A DNA stretch of 64,000 nucleotides from Callorhinchus milii (lineage: Eukaryota). The notes below the pieces were generated by a model. That model was not told the DNA's origin, did no database searches, and saw only the letters and a program-made list of their open reading frames with translations. Below are positions 39,171 through 52,800 of this stretch, one piece after another. The position numbers and the translations under genes were made by a program. Position 1 is the first letter of the stretch, and each line of letters opens with the position of its first letter. Location: positions 1,612,001-1,676,000 of the forward strand of contig NW_024704743.1 in the NCBI RefSeq assembly GCF_018977255.1, read 5' to 3'.

Positions 39171-39570
39171 TGGAGTCCCTGTCGCTCAGGGGTTAGAGCA
39201 CTCGCCTCGCAAGCGAGAGGACCCGGGTTCGATTCCCAGGAAGAGCGAAACCTTGGGCAAGTCTCCTCACTCCACACACACGCACACACACGTCTCTGTT
39301 TACCAGCAATAAGTAGGAACCCGGTTGTTAGTCGATTGGTGGATCGCTTTTCCGGGGGGGGGTCATAAAATCCCTTAAAAAACAATTGTTGACTCAACCC
39401 ACGGGTGTTTGTGGGGACGCTGCTGTGTGCAATTGGCTGCCGCGTTTCGCCCACAACATATACGGTCAAAATCACTTTACAGTATATCCTGTGAAGCGCT
39501 TTGAGAGACGTCTCGAAGACGTGGTAAGGCTCTATATCAAATGCAAGGATTATTATTATTAGTAGTAGTA
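39171..39570 (+). mobile_element. Full-length tRNA(Ala-like)-derived SINE with Deu-type core and L2-derived tail (dominant family in this window)
   Basis: Pol III A box (cgctcagggg) and B box (GGTTCGATTCC); CTCGC-CTCGCAA-GCGAG anticodon arm; core gtttgtgggg..gctgtgtgcaattggctgccgcgtttc; tail gtgaagcgcttt...aaatgcaagg(att)n. Confidence 0.9.
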
Positions 39571-39646
39571 GTATTTGTTTTGCTGGATGGCCCAAAAGGT
39601 TGACCGCCACAGTTCTAGAGCATTGTTTTCCCGTCACACTTGCTAC

Positions 39647-39829
39647 CTTGGTCAGTACGTCAGCAATCTTAGAGGCATTGCTGGGTGCCACCTCTTCTCT
39701 CTCCTGAAGGTCGGGAGCCCCTCGATCCACCGCCTGCTCTATCGGGACGGTCGGAGCGAGCGGGAGGGCTTCAGTCACCATGACTGCTCCAGCGCAGAGG
39801 AGTACGCACAAAGCCAACCAGGCTCTCAT
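39647..39829 (-). CDS. Unrecognised small secreted protein, coding exon 1 (signal peptide MRAWLALCVLLCAGAVMVTEA + acidic segment to ...KIADVLTK)
   Basis: ATG in AAGATGA context (-3 purine); basic-hydrophobic-TEA|LP signal peptide pattern; unique non-repeat sequence; donor AAG|GTAGCA, 183 nt, phase 0. Confidence 0.72.
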
Positions 39830-42368
39830 CTTGTCCCTGCGCTCTTCACTCACAGTCAAGGTTCAAGTGATATGAGTAACTCTGCGTTTCATATTGATTC
39901 GTATCATCAATCATTAGAGATCTTGTTTGGAAAGTCTCTCTCTCTCTCTCTCTCTTTTTTTGGGTGGGGGACACACATCAATTCGAGCTTATTTGTACCA
40001 GAGACCACATTAGTTGCCACATTAGTTTTTATCTTTACTTTGAATGAAAAAATATTTTTATTTCTCCTGTCTTGTCTTTTGCGCCTGCTTCATCCCTGAG
40101 TGGACTTGTCGTGGCAACTCCGCTCGCGTGCAGAACTAACAAGGCCTCGGATACAACGCCTCGTCAGGTCGTCAAAAGGATCTGGGAATTTTGTAGGCAA
40201 ACGATTTGATAATAATCCTGGCGTTTGATATCTCTCTCTTGGGGTATCTGAAACTCCTCAACCTCTCCGTATCTCACAGCCCAAACCCTCGTCCACGCCT
40301 TCGTTACTTCCCGGCTGGACTATTCCAATGCCTTCCTCACTGCTCTCCCCAACTCCACGATGCACAGATTTCAAGAGAGCTCCTGCTAAAGGTAATAATA
40401 ATCTTCAGCAGTGTTTTTGTCGTGACTCGAGTGAACCGCGCACCTTGTTTATTGTGGCGGGTGATCTGTGAAGTTAAAGGTTTTTTTATTAACCAGGAGG
40501 CCGGGAATCCACAAACAGACGATGGATAATTGAGCCAAATTCTCTCAGGAATTGCCACACGGAAATAAATACGCAAGCAGCCGAGCAGTAATTATTTCAG
40601 GGCAGTCAGAGATGCGTAGAAAAGCGGTCATTATTCAATTTTTTAAAAAAAAATTGGAAAGAAGCCAATGGTTTGCAGCCTCAGGCCAGGGCTTTGAACT
40701 CGCATAGTCCAGGCTGACACTCCGGGCAGATCCAGAAGAGCGCTGTATTCTCAGAGGTGCTCTCCTTTGGATGAGGCCGTTCAGGTCCCATCTCAAGACC
40801 CTCCTCTCCAACCTCGCCTTTGGTCACCCTCCTGCCCCCTACCCTCCCCGCTCTCCACCCCTCCCAACCCCCAGCTCGAGTCCAAGTCCCTGACTGTCCA
40901 GGTAGTAAAGGTAATTAGAGCTCTCGCCTCGCGAGCGAGAGGACCCGGGTTGAACTCCCGGGCGGGTCGAAACCTTCGAAAGTTTCCTTGCTCCACACGC
41001 TTATTAGCCGATCAGCGGATCGCTTTCTGGGGGTAATAACCCCTTCAAAGTAACTAACAAAATAAATAGACAGTTAAATGCAAGTATTATTATTATTAAT
41101 CAAATAGTAAGATTTTTTGAAGAAGAATTAAGCAGCGATAAAGGACGCTGTTTGGTTAAGCGCGTGGAAAGCTAAATTAACGCAGCCGTTGGATGCAATT
41201 TTGGACATGATTTTCTTTTCTGTACTGATATTTATTTTTTCAGAATTAATGTTTCTTTATTCCCTGACAGTGTACTGCCTCTGTTTACGGTATTTGTTTG
41301 GGTTCACTTCCCGTGGATTAGCAGTCAAGTTGCTGTGATTCCGCCTCCCCTCACGAACCCTCCAATGGAAAGCTTTTACAAGTAATTCAGTTTGAATTTA
41401 CTAGAATCGAGAATAGAGGAAGAAATTCCTTGATTCAGCAACGCAAGCGAGGTTTGAAAGTTGTGTTCACCTAAGCATTTAATAATTCTCTGCTGCTCAG
41501 CACCTTTGCAGGTAATTCGCCATAATAATTAGTAATAATAACAATAATAATCCTTGCATTGATGTTGCGCCTTATCAGGTCTTTGAGACATTTCAAAGCG
41601 CTTTACAGAATATGTAAAGTGTAGTGACGGTATATTTCGTGGGTGAAACGCACAGCAGTGTCCCCACAAACAGTCGTGGATTAAGTGACCAAATCATATT
41701 TAAAATTTATTTTGAAGGAATTATTACCCCCGGAAAACTGATCCGCCGATCGACTAATAACCGGGTTCCTATTTACTTTTACTGCTACATAAACAGAGGC
41801 GCGCGCGCGTGTGTGTGCGTGTGTGGGTGTGTGTGTGGAGTGAGGAAACTTGCCCGAGGTTTCGCCCTGACCTGCCCGGGAATCGAACCCAGGACCTCTC
41901 GCTCGCGAGGCGAGGGCTCCAACCCCTGAGCTACAGGGACTCCACTCGATGGCATGAACCCACCTTTTCTCACCGGGCTCAGAGATGGAAATAAATGAAT
42001 GCACTACTACGTGCATATTGCTGGCATGCGCTTCTCCTTCGATAAAAAATGAATAGGCATCTAATGGCATGTTACCAGCCCACTGGTCTCGGCAAAGCTC
42101 AATATTTTATCGGCTACGGAATAATTTGAAGGAATTATGACCAATCTATTATCAGTGTTATTTTTTTTGAAGGAATTATTACTCTCTGGAAAGATGACGC
42201 CAAATAGGCCAAAGGGCTTTCTTCATCCAAACCATTGTGGCGGATGAATGCTGGCGAGGATTGGTTGGGTTGAACGACCTGTTTTTTGTGGCTGTGAAGA
42301 CTATCTGTGTAAACCTAACACAGGTGGATGTCAAAGATCCCATGGCGCTATTCCAAAAGATGAGGGAG

Positions 42369-42410
<42 letters not shown>

Positions 42411-44550
42411 CCGGTGTCCTGGCCACCGATTTCCCAAATAAAATCAGTCACTCGCTTCACGGCTGTTTGTGGGGACGCTGCTGCGTGCAGTTTGGCCACC
42501 GGGTTTCGCCCACGAAATGCACCATCAAACCATTTGACGATGTATCCTGCGAAGGGCTTTGAGACGTCTCAACGGCGCGATAGGGCGCTGTGTCGAACGC
42601 CAGGATTCTTCTTCTTCTTATTATCTGTGCAATCTTGTGAATTCAGCAGATTTCGAAACCATTGTTAATGGCATTCTTGAGACTGCCACTGAGGATGGCA
42701 CCGACTCACTTAGTATCAGTCAATGCACGACACTGCCACTTGAGGAGGTGGAGGCGTATAAAATGGACAGCGCACCTAAAATGTGATGGTTATAATTGAA
42801 AATTTATGTTTTAAACGTAGGGTATCATTAAACCGGAGGGCTTACAAGAAATGAGACTAATGTTCTCCATTTTAAGTAATTCCCACAGGGATTAGCGCCA
42901 CTCTTTAAAAGTCTATGTTAGTGAGATTCAAACGCACATTAAATGCACAGGTAAACGGGATATTAGCAGCTCAGTAACAAAAGTGTGATTCAGATGATTT
43001 CTCTTCCCGTCGTAAAATGTGACCGTAAAATGTTCTAGTTTGTTATTAAATCGTTATTGCTAGTAGGCGCTGACACTGGGAGAAACTCCTCCCTCTTGTT
43101 GAATAGGGCTAAGGGATCTTTGACATCCACGTGGAGAACAGGCAGATGTAACTGCAGTTAAATGTCACACCCAAAGACATTTATTCCCCTGAGGTGCATT
43201 CGATACAGCGCCCTATCAGGTCTCCGAGATGTTTCAAAGCGCTTCGCGGAATGCACCGTAAAGTGAAACGACTGCATATTTTGTCGGCGAAATGTGGAGT
43301 GAGGAAACTTGCCCAACGTCTCGCCCTGACCTGCCCGGGAATCGAACCCGGGTCCTCTCTCGCTCGCGAGGCGAGGGCTCTAACCCCTGAGCTGCAGGAC
43401 TCCACTGGATGGCGCTAACCCATCTCTTCTCACCGGGCTCCGAGGTGGAAATAAAATACTGCGCTATTATGTGCGTATTGCTGGCATGCGCTTTTTTTCT
43501 TCGATTAAAAAAAAAAACCCACATAAAAAAGTTAATGGGCGTCTAACGGCCTGTTACCAGTCCACCGGTCTTGGCAAAGCTCAATATTTTATCTGCTACA
43601 GCATCGACTTGTAGCATAAAGGACAGCCGGAAAATTACTGCAAATGTAATATTTGGATGAAAACTAAACCAGCCATGAATAAGCTCACACTCGGCACCTC
43701 GGCTAACCAACCAACACGTTCGGTTAAGGGCAGAAAAACTTGTCACTGCCTCATTAAATCGGTGCTTTAACTCCCACGCAGAGGCAAAACTAATGGGTAC
43801 AGTATATAACAATAATAATAATAATAATCCTTGCATTTGATCGAGCGCCTTGCCACGAAAGGCGCTGTGAAATGTAAGTTTTTTTTTCCAATCAGAATAA
43901 ATTCACAAGACCCGGTCTGCTTCAGAAGCGTAACTGTTGAGCGCGGTTCCCCACGGCTCGTGCTGGAGGATCGCTCGCATCCACGATGTGCGACTCGAAT
44001 GGCGTTTACGACTCTTGGCCGCGTTTCCCTCGAGCTTGTCGGGCTTATGTCAATTGCTTTGCACGTCGGCAGCATCAAAGGCCACGGAAAGGGCAACGGG
44101 GAGAAGATTTAAAATTTATACGGACAACCCGTATCAAGGTAGCCTGTTAGCACCTTGAGGTCATCCTTTTGCCCTCGAATACATGTGTTACGCACTTTTC
44201 AATTAAATTGTGTTGGTATCCTCTGGGCTTACGTGCTCTTTGATACGTTAAACCGTCGTATGGATGTATTTGCAGGCAAAACACGTCAGACAGTCGCCCA
44301 CAGAAGGCCATGATGTGAGTGACCAATTTTTTTTTGCGTGTGGGGGTTTGTTGGCCAGGACCCGAGGGGAAACTCCCTCCTCTTTTCGAACAGCGCCACG
44401 GGATCTTTAACAGCCACCGGCACAGGCAGACGGCAGCTCAGACAATGCATCGCACGCGCCCGGCATTGCATTGGAGCGTCAGCGTGGACTGTGTGCTTTC
44501 AAGTCCTGACGTGGGGGGGCGGCTTGAACCCACAACCTTCTGACTCAGAG

Positions 44551-44581
<31 letters not shown>

Positions 44582-47500
44582 GCAAGTTTCTTTACTCCAC
44601 ACACACACACACACACACACACACGCGCCTCTGTTTACCGGCAGTCAGTAGGAACCCGGTTGTTAGTCGATTGGCGATCGCTTTTCCGGAGGCAATAATC
44701 CCCTCGTGAAAAAAAATTTGGTCGCTCAACCCGCGGCTGTTTGTGAGCGACGCTGCTGCGCGCAATCGGCCGCCGCGTTTCACCCACAAAATACACAGTC
44801 GATTCACATTACAGTGTATCCCGCGAAGCGCTTTGAGACGTCTCGAAGACGTGATCAGGCGCTGTGTCAAATGCCAGGATTACTATTATTATTATTATTA
44901 TAGACTGTATGACAACAACTTGAATTTATCCAGCGGGCTTCACGTGGGGTAGCGTCTCGGAGCGCTTGACGACCACAGGACTGAAGCACGTAGTCCTTTC
45001 CCACCTTCTCAGCAAGTCCGCCCGAGTTTCTGATCTGATGACCGTCAACGGAGAAAACAGGGCGGACTTTTCCAATGAATAATGTGTTTTCAAGAGCCAG
45101 TGCGGTGAATCCCTTTGCAAGGCCAGCTCTTTTCACGCTTTGAGTACCACAAACATTCGACACGATTGCACTCAGCGGCAAACCAATATATTACTGTCAG
45201 CCACTAAAATTGCATTAAACGTCTTGTAACAGTTGACTACACCTTCATACCACAGCAGCAATTATCGGTGGGGAGAGGAGGAAACCTCACTCCCCCCTCC
45301 CAGGAGTTGGGGGGCTGACATTTTAACCCGTGCAACTACCATTATTCTGTACTCGATACTCTCATCGTGCAGTCCCTGTTGCTCGGTGGTCAGAACCCTC
45401 GCCTCGCAAGCGGTTCGATTCCCGGGTCAGGGCGAAACATTGGGCAAGTTTAGTCACTCCACACACACACACACACACACATAACTTTTCCGGGGGTAAT
45501 AATCTCTTTTAAAAAAAAATTGCGCTGTATCAATTCAAAGATTATTAACCCAAAATGGTGCAATGGAAATTCACTGCAGCGCTGATTTGCTTGCCCATGG
45601 TGGCCCAGAAGTTATTACTGAATGACAAGATCCTGGTGGATGTGGTTGTAAAGTATTATGGGAGAAGCTGTAAACGTTTTTATGCTTCTGTGTTTTCTCT
45701 CGCGACAGGCCGAATTAATGACGTGCATTTCTTTATCTCTGTAGACCAGAGACCTTTAGAAATCTTGGCTCCGGATACTCTTGGTTTGAAGGACGTGAGG
45801 ATTGGCATCGAAAAAAAACGCAGCTTTTAAAGACTAAACTGTTAGATTAACTGTGGTAGATAAATAGTCAAAGGAATAATAAATCCTTGCATTTAACATT
45901 GGGAAAGATTTTACTATCAAAAGTATTCGAAAAGAGAAGGCAAGAAAGGAGCTTCTGGTGCAGCAATCAGATAAAATTGGTGGTTCACTTGATGGCCGTT
46001 TAAGGGAAATGGCTTGATCGCGAGATGGACTCCAGCCTGCTTCACGAGCCCGGCCCTAACCACCCCACCCTCGGCGCTCGGGCTTTCAGCCTATCTGCCC
46101 CCTGTTCCCCGGAACTCCATCCCACAATCCCTGCGGCTCATCCCCTCCTTATCCCCTTTTACGGTCCATCTTAAGACCCCTGAGGGACACTTGACTGTTA
46201 TCTTCAGTTACTTTACCCCCTCACCCCACCCAACCCCTTGATTTCCCACAGCTCAGGAGGCAAGCCCACACTGTTAAGCACCTTGGAGTCCTGTCGTGTA
46301 GTGATTAGTGCGCTCACCTCTCACGGGAGAGGCCCCGTCTCCAAGCGCTTCACAGAATATACTGTAAAGTGCAGTGACTGTGTGTTTTGCGGGCGAAACG
46401 CGGCAGCCAATTCCGCCCAGCGGCGTCCCCCACACAAACAGCCGTGGACTGAAGTGACCAATTTATTACTACTGTTGTGCACGTGAAAGGAATAGATAGG
46501 ATATCTTGAACAACCGCAAGAAAATTCTTTGCAAAAGCCTCTCCAATTCAAAACACCAAGAGACAACGAATGGGATCCAATATTCCTGCTGTTTCCGCTG
46601 ACACGTCGCAAATTGAACAATCTTTCCCCTGTCTTTCCGTATCATTGGATCACGGCTCTAAACTTGCCCCTATTGTCGGCCGGTGTAATTGTTTTTCACA
46701 GTAGTTTTCTTGTACACTTCCAACTCCTTCGGATCAGATGTTAGCATCGGTGCCATGACCCGCTCTACCTTCCCCCTACTCTGCCACTGTCTCACACCGC
46801 AGACCCCCCGAGACCCTCACACATGCATTCATAACATCGAGGCTCAACTGTGGAAACCTCTCCGACCTCCTAACCTGCTACCACACTGCTCGCTCCCTCC
46901 ACTCAGCGGGCTCCGGCCTGCTTCACGTCCCCCGGCCCACCATTGGTGGACAGGACTTCTGCCACTCTGCCCCCACCCTCTGGAACTCTATCTCGCAGTC
47001 CTTCCGCCTCGCCCACTCCCTCGCCACCTTCAAGACCCATCTCAAGACCCTCCTCTTTGACCGTGCTTTCGATCTCCCTGGTTCTCCCCCACCTGCCCTC
47101 CCCACCTCCCCGATCCTAAACCACCCCACTCCTCTCACCCAGCGAAACCCAGCGTACAGCCTGGCTCAGTTCATCGCTCTCTCTGGCCTCAGAGTCAGAC
47201 GATTGTAGGTTCGAGCTCCACTGCAGGACTTGGACCTCACGCAGTCGAAGCTGACGTTCTAACGCAGCCCTGGGGGTGTGTTTCACGGTTAGAGGTGCCG
47301 TCCTGCGGATTGGATGAGACGTTGAGAAATTGAGGACCCGTCTGCCTGTTCAAGATCCCCATTGCGCTATCCCGCCTAACAATCTCCCAAATAATCTAGT
47401 CTTATTATTATTATTACAATTACTATTACTATTATTATTACTATTACTATTATTATTATTCATAAATAAAGCTGTTCGCACACTCACTCCGTGGCTATTT

Positions 47501-49849
47501 GTGGGAAATCGCTGTTGCACAAATGGACAACCGATTTCACCCACAAAATTACACAGTCAGCGCGCAGTACGATAAAATCCCGTGAAGCGCTTTGAGCTGA
47601 TTCAACACGATAAAGCTCTATATCAAACCCGGCAGCCAATCTGCACTCAGCAATATCCCCTTCACACAGCTGGGAACCGCACGAACAATTTTATTTGGGG
47701 GGATGGCCAGGCAGGACATTAGGAACAAATCCCTGCCATGTGATCTCTGTTAGACACTGCATTGTTGGAGGTGATGTCCTTCAGCCGAGAGAGGGGCCAG
47801 TCGAGCGGAGGCGCTGACTGGGTATTGGATTNGGGGGAGTGAGGAGGTCGGACAGGGATGGAGGGAGGGAGGGAGGGGCCGGGGAGTGAAAGGGAATTGA
47901 ACACGAGAGCGAGAGGATCTTGAAGTGGATCCGTTGGGTGACGGGGAGCCAAGTGGAGCCTGGGCCAGAACTGGTGAGATGTGGGGGACGGAGTTTGTTC
48001 CGGGTCAGCGTGGGCGGAGGCAGGCGAGAGGTTGCTTCACTTAACGGCAAAGTTTGAGACCTTATCATAAAGTGGGATTATAATTATAATTATTGTTACG
48101 CAGTTAAAAGCTGCTGTTGCGCTCAATTTTGCAGGAAGTTTGTACAGAGTTGGGGCTGATTTCATTTCAGAAAATCTTACTTGGAAAACCAGCCCTTAAT
48201 GGGATTACTCTCACTCTGCTCTCGGCTGTAACACCGAGACAGACTCCTTCCTAATGACGGCCCAAACGCCAGTTATTAGGCAAGTCTTTGGCATTTTTTG
48301 ACATCCGAAACTTTTTGAGCCGTCGTCAAGTTTCCATTTGGTGCTTTAAGGCACCATTGAGCTCATATTTTATTAACCCTAAGTGGAGTCAACCGTAATC
48401 GCTAAGAGCTTTTAGGTATAAAGGCAGGCGAGAGAAATGGTGGCAGTTTTTTTTATATATATGTATGTATATGTCAACCTTGCATTCGATGATAGTCCTT
48501 GCATTGGATATAGCGCCTTATCACAGCAGTTTAAGATCAAAGATAGTGCCGTGGGATCTTTAAAGATAAGTCTTCAGTCTCGCTGCCTCCACCCTCCGGA
48601 ACTCCATCCCAAAGTCCCTTTGCCCCCTCACCCCACCCTCCACCCCTTACCTCCTTCAAAGCCCATCTCATAACCCTCCTCTTCGACCGTGCCTTCGGTT
48701 ACCCTCCTACCACCCCCCCCGCCCCCCACCCCCACCAACCAACCCTTCACTTCTGGACAATGAGGGTTTTAATAATAATAATCCCGGCATTTGACTCAGC
48801 GCCTCAACACATCTTCGAGACGTCTCAAAGCGCTTCACAGGACACACTGTCAAGGGAATCGACCGTGCGTTTTGTGGGCGAAAGGCTGCAGTCAATTGCG
48901 CCCGGCGGTTGGGAAGCCTTGAGCTGTCCTCCCAAAGTGAAAGGCGCCAGAGGAATGCAATTTGTTGTTGTTGTTGTTGTTCAAGCTCCACGTCGGGACT
49001 TTGAGCTCACAATCTAGGCTGACACTCGGAGTGATGGTGGGGAGGGAGGGAGGGGGCGCGGGAGGGTTTGGGGAGGAGGGGTGAGAATGCTACATTGTCG
49101 GAGGTGCCGTCCTTTGGATGAGACTTTCCATCTCGCTTCTGGTTTGTCTGTTCGGGTGAAGGTTCCCATAGCGCTATTCGAAAAGAGAAGGGAGTTTCTC
49201 CTGGTGGTACCGGCTTGCCATCGCCCCCCCCCACCCACCTCCCCCGCCACACCACCCCCAACAAAAAAAATATAACTTGTCACTCCCTCCGCGGCTGTCT
49301 GTGGGGACGCTGCTGTGCGCAATTGGCTGCCGGGTTTCGCCCACCAAATATTTGTTCAATTCACTCGACGGTGTATCCTGCGAAGCGCTGTGAGACGTCT
49401 CGAAGAAGGCTCTGCATCAATCGCGAGGGTTTTTATTGTCGTTATTATATCCCGTAAAGTACTTGGATACTCCCTCCGGGCGTGAAAAGCGCCGTATCCA
49501 ATGCAAAGGATTATGGTGCTTTTGAAACGAATGACCAATTCGTCTATTTTCTAACCGAGGGAGGGATATTTTTCCTTTGAAGTTTAGGAGCATAATCCCA
49601 ACAGTTATCTCTCTGCGTAATACACAGCAACGTGAATTCTACAGCCGCGCAGTGTTAAACACAGCTTGTTAATCACACAGATTGTCTGATGTGATCTGAT
49701 GTGCCTTTAGGTAGCGTTTATTAAATTGAAGAGCCTCTCAGATCTTTTCCACAGCGCAGTTTCCATCTCCGACCTCTTTATCCTGGTCATTAAATCCAAG
49801 TGGATGCTACAGATCCCATGGCGCTAATTTGAAACGAGATGGGAGTTGC

Positions 49850-49881
<32 letters not shown>

Positions 49882-52800
49882 CCCACCACCGCCCTCCCCA
49901 GCGCCAACCACCACCCGGTATCCTGACCAACAAGTCCCCAGGTAATATCGATCATTTATTTCATGGCTGCTGGTGGGACATTGCTATGTGCAAATTAGCT
50001 GCCGCGTTTCGCCCGCAAAATAAAACGCAGTCACATCACTTTACAGCGTGTCCCGTGAAGCCCGTTGAGACGTCTCGACCAGGCGATAAGGCGCCGAAAC
50101 GAACGCAGTTATTGCTATTATTATGACAATAATAATCCTTCTCACTTTTGGGCTGGAAATTGCAGTGAGCAAATTGGCTGCCCCCAATCATCCTGCGAAA
50201 TATGCAGTCAACGCGCTTTGCAGGGCATCCTGTGAGACGTCTCGAAGACCTGATAAGGCGCCGTATCAAATGCAAGGCTTATCGTTGTTATTGTTATTAA
50301 TATTATTTTTATTACTGTGAAGTTTTGGGTGACCTCTTCCTGATGTGAAAGGCATTACATCAATGTAAGGCTTTTTATTATTAACAAAATGCTTTCTTGC
50401 ACAACAGCCTAATTGCTCAATTCTGGTTTATAAAACGCTGCCTTGTGCCGACTGCCGCGGCGTGAAGTCTAAATTCCCTATTTACTGCTGATGATTATGC
50501 ATTGATTTTTCAACGTTCGCCTGTTACACAGCGAAGTCAGCAGAGTTGAGCGGCTCATCTTATTCAAAGGTCGCCCCCATGCAATGCAACCCACGCACAC
50601 GTTTCGCTGGAGTAATTTGGGTTGCCGGCACATTTTATTTCCCGGTTTGTCTCAGCGGGCGTTCAAACATCGAGTCTCTTGCTCAGTTTGCCGGGGGAAC
50701 CATTCTCTTTTGCCGGATGTAAAAACAAATCCTCCTCCTAACTCGAGCCAGCAAAGGCAGAATTACCCAAACGTAACGAGAAAGAAGGAGCTTAGTGCAG
50801 GAAAAAGAACCGGCGTGCGGAAATCAACTTTGAGGCGCTGGTTTAATCAAATCCACAACAGGGTGCAAATAACCTGCCCCTCGTTTCTGTTAATGGCCGT
50901 GCGGTCGTCTTTAATGGTAACCTACGGGGCCCCGGCCCCGTGAGGACGTCTCAAAGCCCTCCCCACCGGATTTTACCACGATTGTATTTTAACAGGCAAA
51001 CCCGGCAGCCCGCAACATCTCGCCCTCGGCAAGCAAAGGGGCGGTTTTGATCTGGGCGACCGCTGGCTGGTCAGGATGTCAGGAGAGAGAAATTCCCTTC
51101 TCCTTCAGAGGTAGTCCCAACGCAATCTTTGACATCCGCCTTAACAAGCAGACAGGACTCAGTGTAACATCTAATTAAAAGGACTGCACCTCCGACAAGG
51201 CAACGCTCCCCCCCAGGACCTGGATGGGATTAATCTTTATTAATGTTATTATTATTATTATTATCATAACCGCTCTGTGAAACAACAGACTGCAAAGCAG
51301 GAACGACCAAACACTCGGTGATGCCGTTTCCCAACCCACAGCGGATCCAAAAGCAAGATCGAAACCTTTTCCTTTCTCTCGACTGAGACGGCAGCCACTT
51401 TAAGCCAGTTAGGCTAAAAGTAGACAGTCACTACGCTTTACAGTGTATCCGGTGAAGAGCTTTGAGATGTCTCGAAGACTTAATCAAGCGCTGGGTCAAA
51501 TGCAAGGATTATTATTATTATTATTATTATTAGATGCCCCTCGCCTTTCACACAGGCCATTACACCCAAAGCAGAAAGCCTGAGCCCGTTATGATGATGC
51601 TATTTCTACATAATAATAATAATAATAGTAATAACAGTCCTTGCATTTAGGATAGCTCCTTATCACGTCGTCGAGACGTCCCAAAGCATCACACGGAATA
51701 TACTGTGAAGTGAATCGACTGCGTATCTTTTTCGGGCGAAACTCCAACTGGCAGCCAATTAATTGCGCGCAGCGGCGTCCCCGCAAACAGCCGTGGATTG
51801 AGTGACCCACTTGCCCGTGAGTCCAAAATGGGGTGGGGGTGGGGGGGGTCATGAAATATAAGTCTATAACTATAAGTGTAAGAGAATCACCGTAATTTGT
51901 TCTTGAAAGAATCACCAGATGCAAGAGTTATTATTAATCATAATAAAAATAATAATATACTGCATGGAAAGAAAGCAATTGGGGGACATCCTCAGACATT
52001 TCATTCCTTTTTAACAACAATAATAACTTGTTATTTGGTATATAAATAACAGTATATCACGCGGCACCTCAGAGGCTCGAACGAATTATCATTATGGAGG
52101 GAGGAAATTGGACGACCGATGTCTTTTTCACAGTCCTTTTCGATGTGATGCTGCACAGAATCAACTGTGCAAATTAGGGCTTGAAGCCAGTTGTCCCATC
52201 TCCCAAACTCAATCAGCCCGGGCAAAAATGTAATGTGCTTAAGAAGCGATGGCTTGTTGTGAAGACGGAGAGAGAGGCGACAGGAAGCCACACTGTAATA
52301 ATCACCCAATCCACGAATGTTTGTGGGGTCTCTGCCGTCCGCCTTTCGCCCACAAAATACGCAGTCGATTCACTTCACGCTATGTCCCGGGAAGCGCTTA
52401 GAGACGTCTCGAAGACGTGATAAGGCGCTGTATCAAACGCAAGGATTATTATTACTACTATTATTATCATAGATTTATTTACAGGGATATTGGCTTGAAA
52501 TTGCCGTTGTCAGATGTTGTTTGGAGTCCTACTCTCTATGATGAATGACTTTGAACAAAGTTCAATAACTTTGAGGTCACAGGCCGGGTTGACTATCCAA
52601 AGCAGTACATAGGGGAGGGGAGGGGTGGGGTGGTGGGGGTGGGGGGGTGGGGAAGTGATGCCTTGTTGGTGTGCATTGCTGTGTGCAAATCGGCTATCAT
52701 GTTTGCCAATAAAATACCCAGTCACCCGCTGTACAGTATCGCTCTGTCTTCCTGACGTTAAATCAAGATGAGTCATTTGCAGCCGTTCATTCTTAATAAT

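Noticed and set aside
39053..39646. C-terminal two-thirds of the 268-aa ORF 39053-39859
   Set aside because: After the GT donor at 39646 the frame runs through intron sequence and an antisense SINE; only the signal-peptide exon looks coding.
42621..42786. Protein-like stretch ADFETIVNGILETATEDGTDSL...
   Set aside because: Short, no recognisable family, and no convincing start or splice context.
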